IMG/VR virus record: IMGVR_UViG_3300044655_000639
Coordinates: 1-64,000 of that record
DNA from: a virus
Reading direction: 5' to 3' (one strand)
Length of the DNA: 64,000 nucleotides
The stretch's first letter is position 1. Every line of letters starts with the position of its first letter. The notes under the pieces were generated by a model. The model saw only the letters and a program-made list of their open reading frames with translations. It made no database searches and was not told where the DNA came from. The translations under genes were made by a program, and so were the position numbers. Of the stretch, positions 29,484 to 37,556 are shown one piece after another.

Positions 29484-29753
29484 TTATAGCAAAGAGATTT
29501 CATAGAGTTGATCTCGCAAGTCTTTGACAGCATTAGCTATCTTATTAACTCTAGTGTAGTCTCTATCAGAATAGGGTACTGCTTGTAATTGCCTTTGTAA
29601 GTGTATGGATAATTCAAGCTTAACTTCTAATGCTTCATCGTATGGTAAAAGATACCAGGCTGATGGGTCAGAACCATAAAGATACTCTGATGTAGATGAT
29701 GGACGATTTTCTGTTTTAGGGTTATGAAATTCTGATGAATAAATAGATGGCAT
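29484..29753 (-). CDS. Hypothetical protein
   Basis: AAGGAA RBS; lies within the tRNA region. Confidence 0.6.
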   Translation of the reverse strand: MPSIYSSEFHNPKTENRPSSTSEYLYGSDPSAWYLLPYDEALEVKLELSIHLQRQLQAVPYSDRDYTRVNKIANAVKDLRDQLYEISLL

Positions 29754-29769
29754 AATATTCCTTGTTCAG

Positions 29770-29845
29770 TGAAGACTGGTAGGGCTTGAACCTACAACTC
29801 AGCGCACCTACGCCCTGTATTCAGACCAATTGAACTACAGTCTTC
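29770..29845 (-). tRNA. tRNA-like element with aberrant anticodon arm
   Basis: GAAGACTG/CAGTCTTC acceptor, D loop AATTGGT, T arm GTAGG-TTCAAGC-CCTAC; 18-nt irregular anticodon arm; no CCA. Confidence 0.65.
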
Positions 29846-29851
29846 GTGTTA

Positions 29852-30006
29852 TGGTGATATAGCGAATGACAGTGAACATTCCTATATCGTGACTAAATCT
29901 TTAGACTTATTTAAAAGTTTATCACTGTAAGTTTTTTGATAGCTAATACCTCGTGCTATCAGCGAGGATAACAGTTGCAATCTCAACCAATTGAGACCAC
30001 TGCTAT
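29852..30006 (-). ncRNA. Structured RNA: D-arm-like hairpin, H-type pseudoknot and CCA-ended minihelix
   Basis: Stems read directly from the sequence; see findings. Confidence 0.5.
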
Positions 30007-30113
30007 ACGATTAAACACACATAGATTGGTTTGTGACAGTATCTTCTCCAGATGACTGTATAGAGTACACCAATACATGTAAAGATGTAATCAATACAAC
30101 CATCCTAAGATGG

Positions 30114-30665
30114 CTATTCGTTAAATAGAAACTTCATATCCTCAGGTATACATTCATACATTGCTTCAGCTACTTCTCTGATTTGGAAGTGTGCTGAAGA
30201 TGCTCTACGAAGCTCTAGGAAGTTCTTTAAGCTTCTAGCGTTAAACATTACTGTCCAGTTGTATTGGAAGGCTTGTGGTAGCATTAGAGATACAATCTCG
30301 TTGGATACTCCATCTTCAACAAAGCGTCTAATTTCATCTTGTAGATATGATAATACATTGTCTACTTCACTATTCCCAGTAGACTCAAATACAATATCAG
30401 TCTTATTCAATGTGTACCTACTTGACTGGCAAGCATAAGAAGCCATACGATGACGAGTCATTTCAAGAAGCACTTTTGTACTAGCTGATATGTCAAATGT
30501 GAATGTAGCAAACTCCAATACACTAGAGTGCTTATGTTTTAATGCTACCTTAGTGATACGATTATCACGTTTAGTAGTATCAGTATAATCTCCTTTAGCA
30601 TAGCAAAGTCCAATACTATGGTCTATGCCTTCTAGCCCTTGATGTGCAATTAATTTAACTTTCAT
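30114..30665 (-). CDS. thyX: FAD-dependent thymidylate synthase
   Basis: HSSVLE, RHRMASYACQSSRY, NARSLKNFLELR, QIR; start revised to MKVKL. Confidence 0.93.
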   Translation of the reverse strand: MKVKLIAHQGLEGIDHSIGLCYAKGDYTDTTKRDNRITKVALKHKHSSVLEFATFTFDISASTKVLLEMTRHRMASYACQSSRYTLNKTDIVFESTGNSEVDNVLSYLQDEIRRFVEDGVSNEIVSLMLPQAFQYNWTVMFNARSLKNFLELRRASSAHFQIREVAEAMYECIPEDMKFLFNE

Positions 30666-30708
30666 CTTATTCCCTTTTTTAATATTTGTATAGCTATTGC
30701 TACGCATA

Positions 30709-30924
30709 TTATTGAAGCAGATAATAGTAGTATTGAGTAGGAGTCCATACTTCTTTTAGGTCTCTACGGTTATCTTCTCCAACAAATCGTTTTCCATCTA
30801 ATGTAAACATATCTACATCATTTCCAATAATGGCAACTACTGGGTATTCGCCACCTTTATTAGTACATAAAATACGTACTGGCTTACCATTACTGGTATA
30901 CTGTTTGTTAATATCTATTGTCAT
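30709..30924 (-). CDS. Hypothetical protein
   Basis: Coupled ORF; GKPVRILCT..YPVVA. Confidence 0.6.
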   Translation of the reverse strand: MTIDINKQYTSNGKPVRILCTNKGGEYPVVAIIGNDVDMFTLDGKRFVGEDNRRDLKEVWTPTQYYYYLLQ

Positions 30925-31337
30925 TTACGCTCCCTTTTAGTTTCTAATACTTTGAACCATTTATTGGGTCGTCCGAAATAAGACTCTGCTTCGAGTTCTG
31001 TCATGTATTTATTTGTAGGACAATAAAAGTCATCAGGAGTACGCAAATCAAGCCATAAGTATTCGTACACTGGCTCTGGTGGTTTGATACGATATTTTAT
31101 AGCTGTCCCAAATGGGTAGTCTGTATACCACTTTCCTTCTAGCTCATATTGAAGTATTTTAGTCGTATCCTCAACCCATTCATGGATTGCTTCAGAGTTT
31201 GAATGAGGATTAACCCCTCTTGGAATACATACATTTTGTGAGAAGAATTCATTGAATACTTCTGTAAGTATAGGTCTACGATAATCCTCTGGATTAAATG
31301 TCCCAAATACTTTATCTTTCAATTTTTCTTTAGTCAT
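30921..31337 (-). CDS. Hypothetical protein
   Basis: Coupled ORF; YRIKP motif. Confidence 0.6.
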   Translation of the reverse strand: MTKEKLKDKVFGTFNPEDYRRPILTEVFNEFFSQNVCIPRGVNPHSNSEAIHEWVEDTTKILQYELEGKWYTDYPFGTAIKYRIKPPEPVYEYLWLDLRTPDDFYCPTNKYMTELEAESYFGRPNKWFKVLETKRERK

Positions 31338-31669
31338 TATAATTCCTTTATAAAACTAGGTAGTTCACCTATTAACGGCTCACAGTTGCTAGAGTTTAAC
31401 CAATCTTCATCAATATGTTGTTGAGTTGCCTCTATAATGGTTGGAATTTTGTAGTCTAAAACTTGTGACCAAACCCATTCACCAACTTTTGGTTTCCAAA
31501 GCTCACAGTGTTGTATATTAATATCATAGTTTCTAGTGTTGTCTATGGTGTCTCTAGTATACCAACCTTTTACACGAACAGTAGTAGTGCACCCTTTGTG
31601 TAGAGAGTCTATTTTTCCTATACCGAATACATTACTTCTAACCCAATCGCCTACTTTAAGTTCCATCAT
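31337..31669 (-). CDS. Hypothetical protein
   Basis: Coupled ORF; repeated KVG.WV motif. Confidence 0.6.
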   Translation of the reverse strand: MMELKVGDWVRSNVFGIGKIDSLHKGCTTTVRVKGWYTRDTIDNTRNYDINIQHCELWKPKVGEWVWSQVLDYKIPTIIEATQQHIDEDWLNSSNCEPLIGELPSFIKEL

Positions 31670-32249
31670 AAACTCCTATATATTTTCATAACATCTTTAG
31701 CTTGTTTGTGCCCTAATTTACTATACCCTTTGTACCTCTTAATAGCTAAGAAATATGTACCATAGATATCAAGATAGTCTCTAAGAAGCTTAGCAGCATT
31801 CATGATATTACCTGAGTCATGGTAAGGATTGTATGGCAAGATAGAGCCACAAGTCATGTTGATACCACATAGACCTATTACGTTTGGTATGGCGTGTTTA
31901 CGGTGCACAAATGAGCTTTCAGATGCTATCAGTGCACCTAGTACTTTGGGTCTAAATTATATGTCTCTGCTGCTTTGATGGTATCTTTAGCTTGTTGTGG
32001 AGATGCTCCTAAAGTCTGAAGGGCTTCTGCTGTGGTTCTGTATGACTCAAGTTCTTTGTTGAGAGCATCTATCTCTCTGAAAGCCGCTGAGGCTTCTACT
32101 CTAGCTTGGTTGTCCATACTCAAGGACTGTTCTAAGACTCGTTCATGAGTGGATATGAGCATGCAGGATTGATTGCAGTATACGAATGGTATTGCAATGA
32201 TAGCAATAAGAATAGGAAGAATAATATCTTCATCAATGCTGATAGTCAT
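31666..32249 (-). CDS. Membrane-anchored SLT lytic transglycosylase, encoded across a -1 frameshift at 31944-31950
   Basis: Frame 0 ends ..YNLDPKY*; the -1 frame continues VLGALIASESSF...IGLCGIN...NIMNAAKLL...YG...AIKRY, giving a complete SLT motif set. Confidence 0.75.
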
Positions 32250-32506
32250 TGTGCCAACTTTGCTTCTGCTTGCTGTAGAGTAAGACCATCTTCCATCAAT
32301 GACTGTACCATATAGCAATGTCCTATGATGATGTCAGAATCATCTTTCTCTTGCTGTAGCTGTTTGTTTTCCTCAAGCAATAGTCTGGCTTGAGCATTAG
32401 TAAGTACACTACTATACCACGCTATGATGGCCATAATGAAGAGACCTGATGACAACCATCTGTAGAAGGTACGAGAAGCTTTTAAGTGTTCATATGTTTC
32501 TCTCAT
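32246..32506 (-). CDS. Membrane protein with coiled coil
   Basis: One TM segment; coupled ORF. Confidence 0.6.
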   Translation of the reverse strand: MRETYEHLKASRTFYRWLSSGLFIMAIIAWYSSVLTNAQARLLLEENKQLQQEKDDSDIIIGHCYMVQSLMEDGLTLQQAEAKLAQ

Positions 32507-32721
32507 TGTAGGTCCTTATTTATTTGAGGTAGACGTTCTAATAGCACTAGACAATGAACAATACTCATCTCTAAGTGTGCTATATCTTTGGTGTGTTCTA
32601 TGGTTCTGTCGTGTGTAATTTCATACATATAGTTCTCTGCTACTTTAAGTGTAGCATATAGTTCTTCAATACAAGTTATGATGACTCCTTTAAACATACA
32701 TTCTGAAGTGTACTGGTGCAT
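32503..32721 (-). CDS. Hypothetical protein
   Basis: Coupled ORF. Confidence 0.5.
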   Translation of the reverse strand: MHQYTSECMFKGVIITCIEELYATLKVAENYMYEITHDRTIEHTKDIAHLEMSIVHCLVLLERLPQINKDLQ

Positions 32722-32911
32722 CTAATGCACGTACTACAAGCTTAGCTGTAGCATTATTAAGCTCTCTATTACATTTAGTAAGAGCAACTCTTTGGTCTAG
32801 TATAGTACTACGTAATAGAAGCAAATCTGCTACTGATATACGTACTTCTTTTATACCCTCATAATGGATGGTATTAATACCTTGCAGTATGATGTCAAGC
32901 TCTGTTTTCAT
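32690..32911 (-). CDS. Hypothetical protein
   Basis: Coupled ORF. Confidence 0.5.
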   Translation of the reverse strand: MKTELDIILQGINTIHYEGIKEVRISVADLLLLRSTILDQRVALTKCNRELNNATAKLVVRALDAPVHFRMYV

Positions 32912-33141
32912 AAGTTATCCAATAGTTCTTGGAAGTCAACACCATAAAGATAGCACTGCTTTTTAAGATGTTTATATGTATTGATCCAATCATCTGATAG
33001 TTCTCGTTCTAGCTGAGATGCTGCAAAGTCAGGGTCTTGCATAGCTGCTTCATATGCTGCTTCTTCTTGGGCTTCTCTATAATATTCCATACGAAGATCT
33101 TCTTCCCATTCTGCTCGTTCTTCTGTTGTCATAGACTTCAT
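32908..33141 (-). CDS. Hypothetical acidic protein
   Basis: AGGAG RBS. Confidence 0.6.
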   Translation of the reverse strand: MKSMTTEERAEWEEDLRMEYYREAQEEAAYEAAMQDPDFAASQLERELSDDWINTYKHLKKQCYLYGVDFQELLDNL

Positions 33142-33229
33142 ACTATACTCCTGTTATTAATGTTATGAAAAAAGTGGATATTTGAAAATATCCAGTGTTA
33201 TTATTGGCACTATTTCAAAGTACTAATTT

Positions 33230-33463
33230 CTATGCAAAATCCTGTAGAAATTTAGGTGGAAATGCTAGCAAATATAATGACATTAAAAACTGTGCAGTCA
33301 TACCTACTATTAACATATCTCCACTACCATGAAAGAAATTCATGACTACTAATAACATACCTAAGTCTAGTATAAAATCTCCATAGCGTTTATGTTCCCA
33401 TTTCCATTTAAGAATGGCAAAGTCAAAGAAGACTATAAGTCCTATAACTATTAATTGTTCCAT
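33230..33463 (-). CDS. Small multi-pass membrane protein (N4-like early)
   Basis: Start MEQLIVIG coupled by TAATG; hydrophobic segments; KWKWEHKRYGD. Confidence 0.6.
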   Translation of the reverse strand: MEQLIVIGLIVFFDFAILKWKWEHKRYGDFILDLGMLLVVMNFFHGSGDMLIVGMTAQFLMSLYLLAFPPKFLQDFA

Positions 33464-33903
33464 TAGATCCTGTCTCTCCCATGTCTGATAGCATGGCATG
33501 AATGACATACTGATACACACTGTTCTGTGGTAAATGTCATTGATTCTATACCATCATAATGTTCATGATGGACCTGTAGTGGAATGTCACAATCACTGCA
33601 ATCTACACAGTGATATTTATCCCTCTTGAGTACCTGTTTACGAAGTGCTCTCCATTCTGGAGACTTCAAATATACTGCGTATGCTGAGTAGTATTCAGGT
33701 GGAACCTTCTGTAGTGGTACATGTACATGATGATCTAAGTCAACTGTATATGGTGTGGTAGCACATGTACTTCTAACTGGAGATTCTCCAAGTAATACTC
33801 TGATAAGCAGTAGAATTGGAATGAATAGTATTCCTGCTACTGTAGTGATAGCAAACCAGAAGAATGCTAATACTAATAGCAATGCTTCCAGTAATACTGG
33901 CAT
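33463..33903 (-). CDS. HNH endonuclease with N-terminal transmembrane segment
   Basis: YLKSPEWRALR..RDKYHCVDC..VHH..CHSCH. Confidence 0.75.
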   Translation of the reverse strand: MPVLLEALLLVLAFFWFAITTVAGILFIPILLLIRVLLGESPVRSTCATTPYTVDLDHHVHVPLQKVPPEYYSAYAVYLKSPEWRALRKQVLKRDKYHCVDCSDCDIPLQVHHEHYDGIESMTFTTEQCVSVCHSCHAIRHGRDRI

Positions 33904-34133
33904 TATGCTGCTTTAGTGAATGTAGGACCAGAGTGCTTCTCAGCAATCTCCTCTACATCAACATGATGATCAGGTTCAATGTCAGGACCAGTGAACAGTC
34001 CGTGCTCAAACCCTGTTGATAAAGCCTCTGGCACTGCAGATATTTCTTCAACTACTGTCTTAAATGTAGATTCTGCTACAACTGTAATGTCTTTAGTAAT
34101 GCCACCTACTGTGGCTGCGATAAATGCTAACAT
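33903..34133 (-). CDS. Early hypothetical protein
   Basis: AAGGA RBS, coupled stop. Confidence 0.6.
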   Translation of the reverse strand: MLAFIAATVGGITKDITVVAESTFKTVVEEISAVPEALSTGFEHGLFTGPDIEPDHHVDVEEIAEKHSGPTFTKAA

Positions 34134-34222
34134 GATGTATCCTTTTGCATTTGTTTAGCTTGATCCGTATCTGCTTCTGTAACAGATACAACTACTCCAT
34201 TGATAACATAATAATAATCCAC
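34127..34222 (-). CDS. Early micro-ORF, 31 aa (GTG start)
   Basis: AAGGAG RBS just downstream of a conserved hairpin. Confidence 0.4.
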   Translation of the reverse strand: MDYYYVINGVVVSVTEADTDQAKQMQKDTSC

Positions 34223-34238
34223 GATATTCTCCTTATAT

Positions 34239-34257
34239 GGTGACTCTATGGTACACC
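34239..34257 (-). promoter_or_regulatory. TCTATG-loop hairpin, copy 1
   Basis: GGTGAC-TCTATG-GT(A)CACC. Confidence 0.55.
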
Positions 34258-34295
34258 TAATACAATGCAGCTGAGGAGACTGCACTGGGTTAGAC

Positions 34296-34550
34296 TTACC
34301 AGCGTTTACCTACTTTAGCCTTTTCGGCTTTAGTATTCGCACTGTTCATAAGAGATGTATACTTATGTTCAAATAGAGCTTGCTGTAGCTCAACTTGGAG
34401 TTCTTCCGTCCACTGGTCTCCCAATGCTACTGATAGGACTGGTTCCCATTCCATCTGCCAACTACGTCTACCGTACTCATCTGCTTGCTTTGCAATAAGT
34501 GGATCAAGTCCACTAGGTCCCATATCAACTGCTAATTCACGAATATCCAT
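34296..34550 (-). CDS. Early hypothetical protein
   Basis: AAGGAG RBS. Confidence 0.65.
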   Translation of the reverse strand: MDIRELAVDMGPSGLDPLIAKQADEYGRRSWQMEWEPVLSVALGDQWTEELQVELQQALFEHKYTSLMNSANTKAEKAKVGKRW

Positions 34551-34789
34551 ATTATTCTCCTTTAGATTAATAGGCTTACACCTATCATTTCAAAGAACCG
34601 AGTGGATACGAGGGAAAAACAGGTAAGACCAATGGTCGTAAAATACCTGCTAAATTCCTTTCATAAAATGTATAACACACACACAAATCAATGTCTACTA
34701 GAACGGATATAATCCCTATGCTCAGCATTACCTGTTAGATTGTAGTAAGACATCATAATACCCTCTACAAAGAGAGAGTACTAGATATC

Positions 34790-36604
34790 TTAGTCTTCAT
34801 AAGACAACGGCATACCTGCCATAATGTCATCTCTACTAAGACTACCTTTAGTGATACGAAACTGTAGTGATGGATCAATCTGAGTAAGAATATCATGAAG
34901 TAAATTCATGTCATTAACATCAGCCATAACAGCCTTAACAAGACTGAATAACTTCTCTTCATTACCTTCTTCAATACCATATGAATCATGAATCATACTG
35001 ATAGCAAAGTCAGCTCTACGGCATACTTCTCTAGCTATGAACGACTCTACAGAACGTACAATATTAGGAGCTAAACTTCTGTTATACTTAGTATTATTAG
35101 GAACTTTAGCTTCAATAGATACACTATGAGTCTTACCCATTTGAAGATCAGCATAGTATCCTTTATGTGTAACAGTCTCCATTACATCATATGATACAAC
35201 AAAGCCATCAGGCATTGTCCACTGATAGTGTGATTGGTTCTCATTGTTGAATCTATAGATAAGATTCATAAGCTTAAGTGCTGCAGGAGCAAGCTCTTCT
35301 AATGCAGTCATAATGAACTTATATAGACCAGCTTTAAGCTCTTCTGGAACTAAGTCTCTGATAGTATGTGTACCAGCATAACGTACATCATCCTTGATAG
35401 TATCAGTATTATCCAATAGCTGTTTCTCCATACCACCATAGAATGCAATCATTACTAAGTGTTTAACTGTATCCTTAACAAAGATACTACTACCAGTATG
35501 CTCATTAAGTCTTCTAGCTAATTCAATACGTAAGTCTTCCAACTCAGTATCTGAGAGTCCTACTCTACTACCTGTCAATGGATCACTACCAAGTAATGCA
35601 TATACTTGTAGATTATTATTTCTACAGTCATACTTCTTAATACTGTTGCCATTGATTGTAAGCATACGCTTCTGAAATGAATCACCTTGTGGATTAAGGT
35701 ATGGACTACATGAATGCATACGTCCTGAACTATTCTCAAATGCATATGGCACATGGAATGTCTCATCTTGAAATCTATGAATATCTTCTACTAACTTGTT
35801 CCACTCTTTAGCCATGAATACACCATCTTTATCAAACCATTTGTCTTGTAATTTATACTCTTCTAATAAAGGAACTAGTTCTTCATTAGGTATAAGCTTA
35901 AATGGTACTGACTGTTGGTGATTCAATGCAGATAATGCTGCTTCACCTTGTGCTGTAAGACCACTAAGCATAGTCTTACCTGATAAATACGTTCCTCCTT
36001 TATTCTCTGCAGTATGTGCTACTAATCTATAAGCTGCTCCTCCACTACGTACTGTAGAAGCTTTAAGATAGAGTCCTTCTTCTTGTAAGAATGCTTGTAG
36101 TTTAATACTAGGCTCAATGATATTATGTGTATGAGCTTTGTCTGTCTTAATGATCTTATTTTGTAGAAAACCAGTATCTTTAAGGAACTGAATAATGTTA
36201 GCTCCAAGTGTAGCTTTAGTGCTGTGACTAGCACGTACTCTACCTGTACTTAATGTTATTACTTTGTTACAAAGCTGTTGACCTAGCTTGTAACCTGCAA
36301 TCCTGTGTTCGAGGTAACTATGGCTGATTACAAGATCCTCAATGAGGATTGTAAACACTTTAGCCCACTGAATATTGTGTTGAGACAACAGCTCATGATG
36401 GTACTCTTTATGTTCTATCTCACTGTTATTAATAGCTATTAAGTACTCACTCCAATTACTGCCTAATGTCTCTGCATTAAGCTTAGAAACACTGTCTTTA
36501 ATTGCTAGTCTAAGACCAGCTAAGCTATAACTAGCTTCGTATGACTGCTGCTTAGCAGCAACTGCTTGGATTTGTGCAAATGTAAGTGTTGATAATGTTT
36601 TCAT
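34790..36604 (-). CDS. Single-chain T7-like RNA polymerase (N4 RNAPII equivalent, unsplit)
   Basis: SSGRMH..LNPQG, motif A YDCRNNNLQ, motif B KDTVK..FYGG, LAPNIVRS, motif C IHDSY; start revised to MKTLST (GAGGAG RBS). Confidence 0.88.
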   Translation of the reverse strand: MKTLSTLTFAQIQAVAAKQQSYEASYSLAGLRLAIKDSVSKLNAETLGSNWSEYLIAINNSEIEHKEYHHELLSQHNIQWAKVFTILIEDLVISHSYLEHRIAGYKLGQQLCNKVITLSTGRVRASHSTKATLGANIIQFLKDTGFLQNKIIKTDKAHTHNIIEPSIKLQAFLQEEGLYLKASTVRSGGAAYRLVAHTAENKGGTYLSGKTMLSGLTAQGEAALSALNHQQSVPFKLIPNEELVPLLEEYKLQDKWFDKDGVFMAKEWNKLVEDIHRFQDETFHVPYAFENSSGRMHSCSPYLNPQGDSFQKRMLTINGNSIKKYDCRNNNLQVYALLGSDPLTGSRVGLSDTELEDLRIELARRLNEHTGSSIFVKDTVKHLVMIAFYGGMEKQLLDNTDTIKDDVRYAGTHTIRDLVPEELKAGLYKFIMTALEELAPAALKLMNLIYRFNNENQSHYQWTMPDGFVVSYDVMETVTHKGYYADLQMGKTHSVSIEAKVPNNTKYNRSLAPNIVRSVESFIAREVCRRADFAISMIHDSYGIEEGNEEKLFSLVKAVMADVNDMNLLHDILTQIDPSLQFRITKGSLSRDDIMAGMPLSYED

Positions 36605-36622
36605 AATATTCTCCTCAGAATA

Positions 36623-36640
36623 ATACACTCTATGGTGTAT
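36623..36640 (-). promoter_or_regulatory. TCTATG-loop hairpin, copy 2
   Basis: ATACAC-TCTATG-GTGTAT. Confidence 0.6.
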
Positions 36641-36702
36641 GTTAATGTTATGGTTAGACTATTCACTGTAGATTATTCAGGACTTATTGACATTGCCTAC
36701 AT

Positions 36703-36720
36703 GAGTACTCTATGGTACTC
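36703..36720 (-). promoter_or_regulatory. TCTATG-loop hairpin, copy 3
   Basis: GAGTAC-TCTATG-GTACTC. Confidence 0.6.
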
Positions 36721-36872
36721 TCTCGTGCTTGCTCGTCTTGTACTTCTAGGTGCTGCCTATGGTGGCAATCCCTTTAATAGAGATGTTCAAGATGAGACTC
36801 CTTGTATAAGATTAGTGGTTAACTATGTAACGCACCATCCTACCTACTAGTTAGAGTAGGTAGTGTGATATG

Positions 36873-37280
36873 TTATGCTCTAGCCTTAGCTTCTCTATTA
36901 GCTTTGAGTTGAGCTGCTCTGGCATCATTCTCCTTCTTGAGATCTGAACCTAATGATCCAAGTCCTATTGAAGTACACATTGATTCATGATTAGTCTTAG
37001 CTACTTTAACTGCTCCTCCAAGCTTAGCTAGTCTCTCAGCGTCTTTCTCCCATTCATCTGCTAAAGCATCTCCTTGCTCAGCTAGCATAAGAGATGTCTT
37101 TACTCCCATTTGGTAGGCTACTGATGTTGTATCTCTAGCTGCTAAGAATGCATGGGTTGATACTGTCTTGGTAGTATTGGTCATCTTAATAATCAAGGCT
37201 TTCTTCTGTCTTGACTCTAGGTATTTGAACACACCAAATGTGAATGCTGCTAATAATACGATGATGATAAGTGTAAACAT
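36873..37280 (-). CDS. Early membrane-anchored protein
   Basis: Start revised to MFTLII (AGGAG RBS); N-terminal TM. Confidence 0.65.
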   Translation of the reverse strand: MFTLIIIVLLAAFTFGVFKYLESRQKKALIIKMTNTTKTVSTHAFLAARDTTSVAYQMGVKTSLMLAEQGDALADEWEKDAERLAKLGGAVKVAKTNHESMCTSIGLGSLGSDLKKENDARAAQLKANREAKARA

Positions 37281-37312
37281 GATGAACTCCTGCCATATAG
37301 GACTTACTTGTA

Positions 37313-37328
37313 TATACTCTATGGTATA
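37313..37328 (-). promoter_or_regulatory. TCTATG-loop hairpin, copy 4
   Basis: TATAC-TCTATG-GTATA. Confidence 0.55.
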
Positions 37329-37384
37329 GATTGTAGACGTTGGTATGAACATTATCAGTGACCATGTAAAAGAGCTAGGCTCTA

Positions 37385-37408
37385 TACTACCATCCGAAGA
37401 TAGTAGTA
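37385..37408 (-). terminator. C(UUCG)G hairpin
   Basis: - strand CTACTATC-TTCG-GATGGTAG with one G-U pair. Confidence 0.5.
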
Positions 37409-37413
37409 AGAAC

Positions 37414-37518
37414 TCAGTGCATTACTATTGAATAGCTCTTAGGAGTCATAATGAATCCAACAATAGTAAGGAGAAGTGTAGCATTATCTACAAGTGTAGA
37501 GATGATGATGTGTGACAT
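37414..37518 (-). CDS. First early micro-ORF, 34 aa, hydrophobic
   Basis: AAAGGA RBS; MSHIIISTLVDNATLLLTIVGFIMTPKSYSIVMH. Confidence 0.45.
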   Translation of the reverse strand: MSHIIISTLVDNATLLLTIVGFIMTPKSYSIVMH

Positions 37519-37538
37519 GGTAGATCCTTTGTGTAGTA

Positions 37539-37556
37539 CATAGCTCTATGACTATG
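37539..37556 (-). promoter_or_regulatory. TCTATG-loop hairpin, copy 5
   Basis: CATAGC-TCTATG-ACTATG (T-G closing pair on the - strand). Confidence 0.5.

Noticed and set aside
29852-30095. Canonical tmRNA
   Set aside because: Too short, no G3-U70 alanine identity pair and no convincing tag ORF; kept as an unknown ncRNA.
31938-31940. TAG read-through or alternative genetic code
   Set aside because: The SLT motif continues in the -1 frame, not in frame 0, and TAG ends other genes normally.
36632-36850. 72-aa + strand ORF
   Set aside because: Antisense to the early region, no RBS, and overlaps regulatory hairpins.
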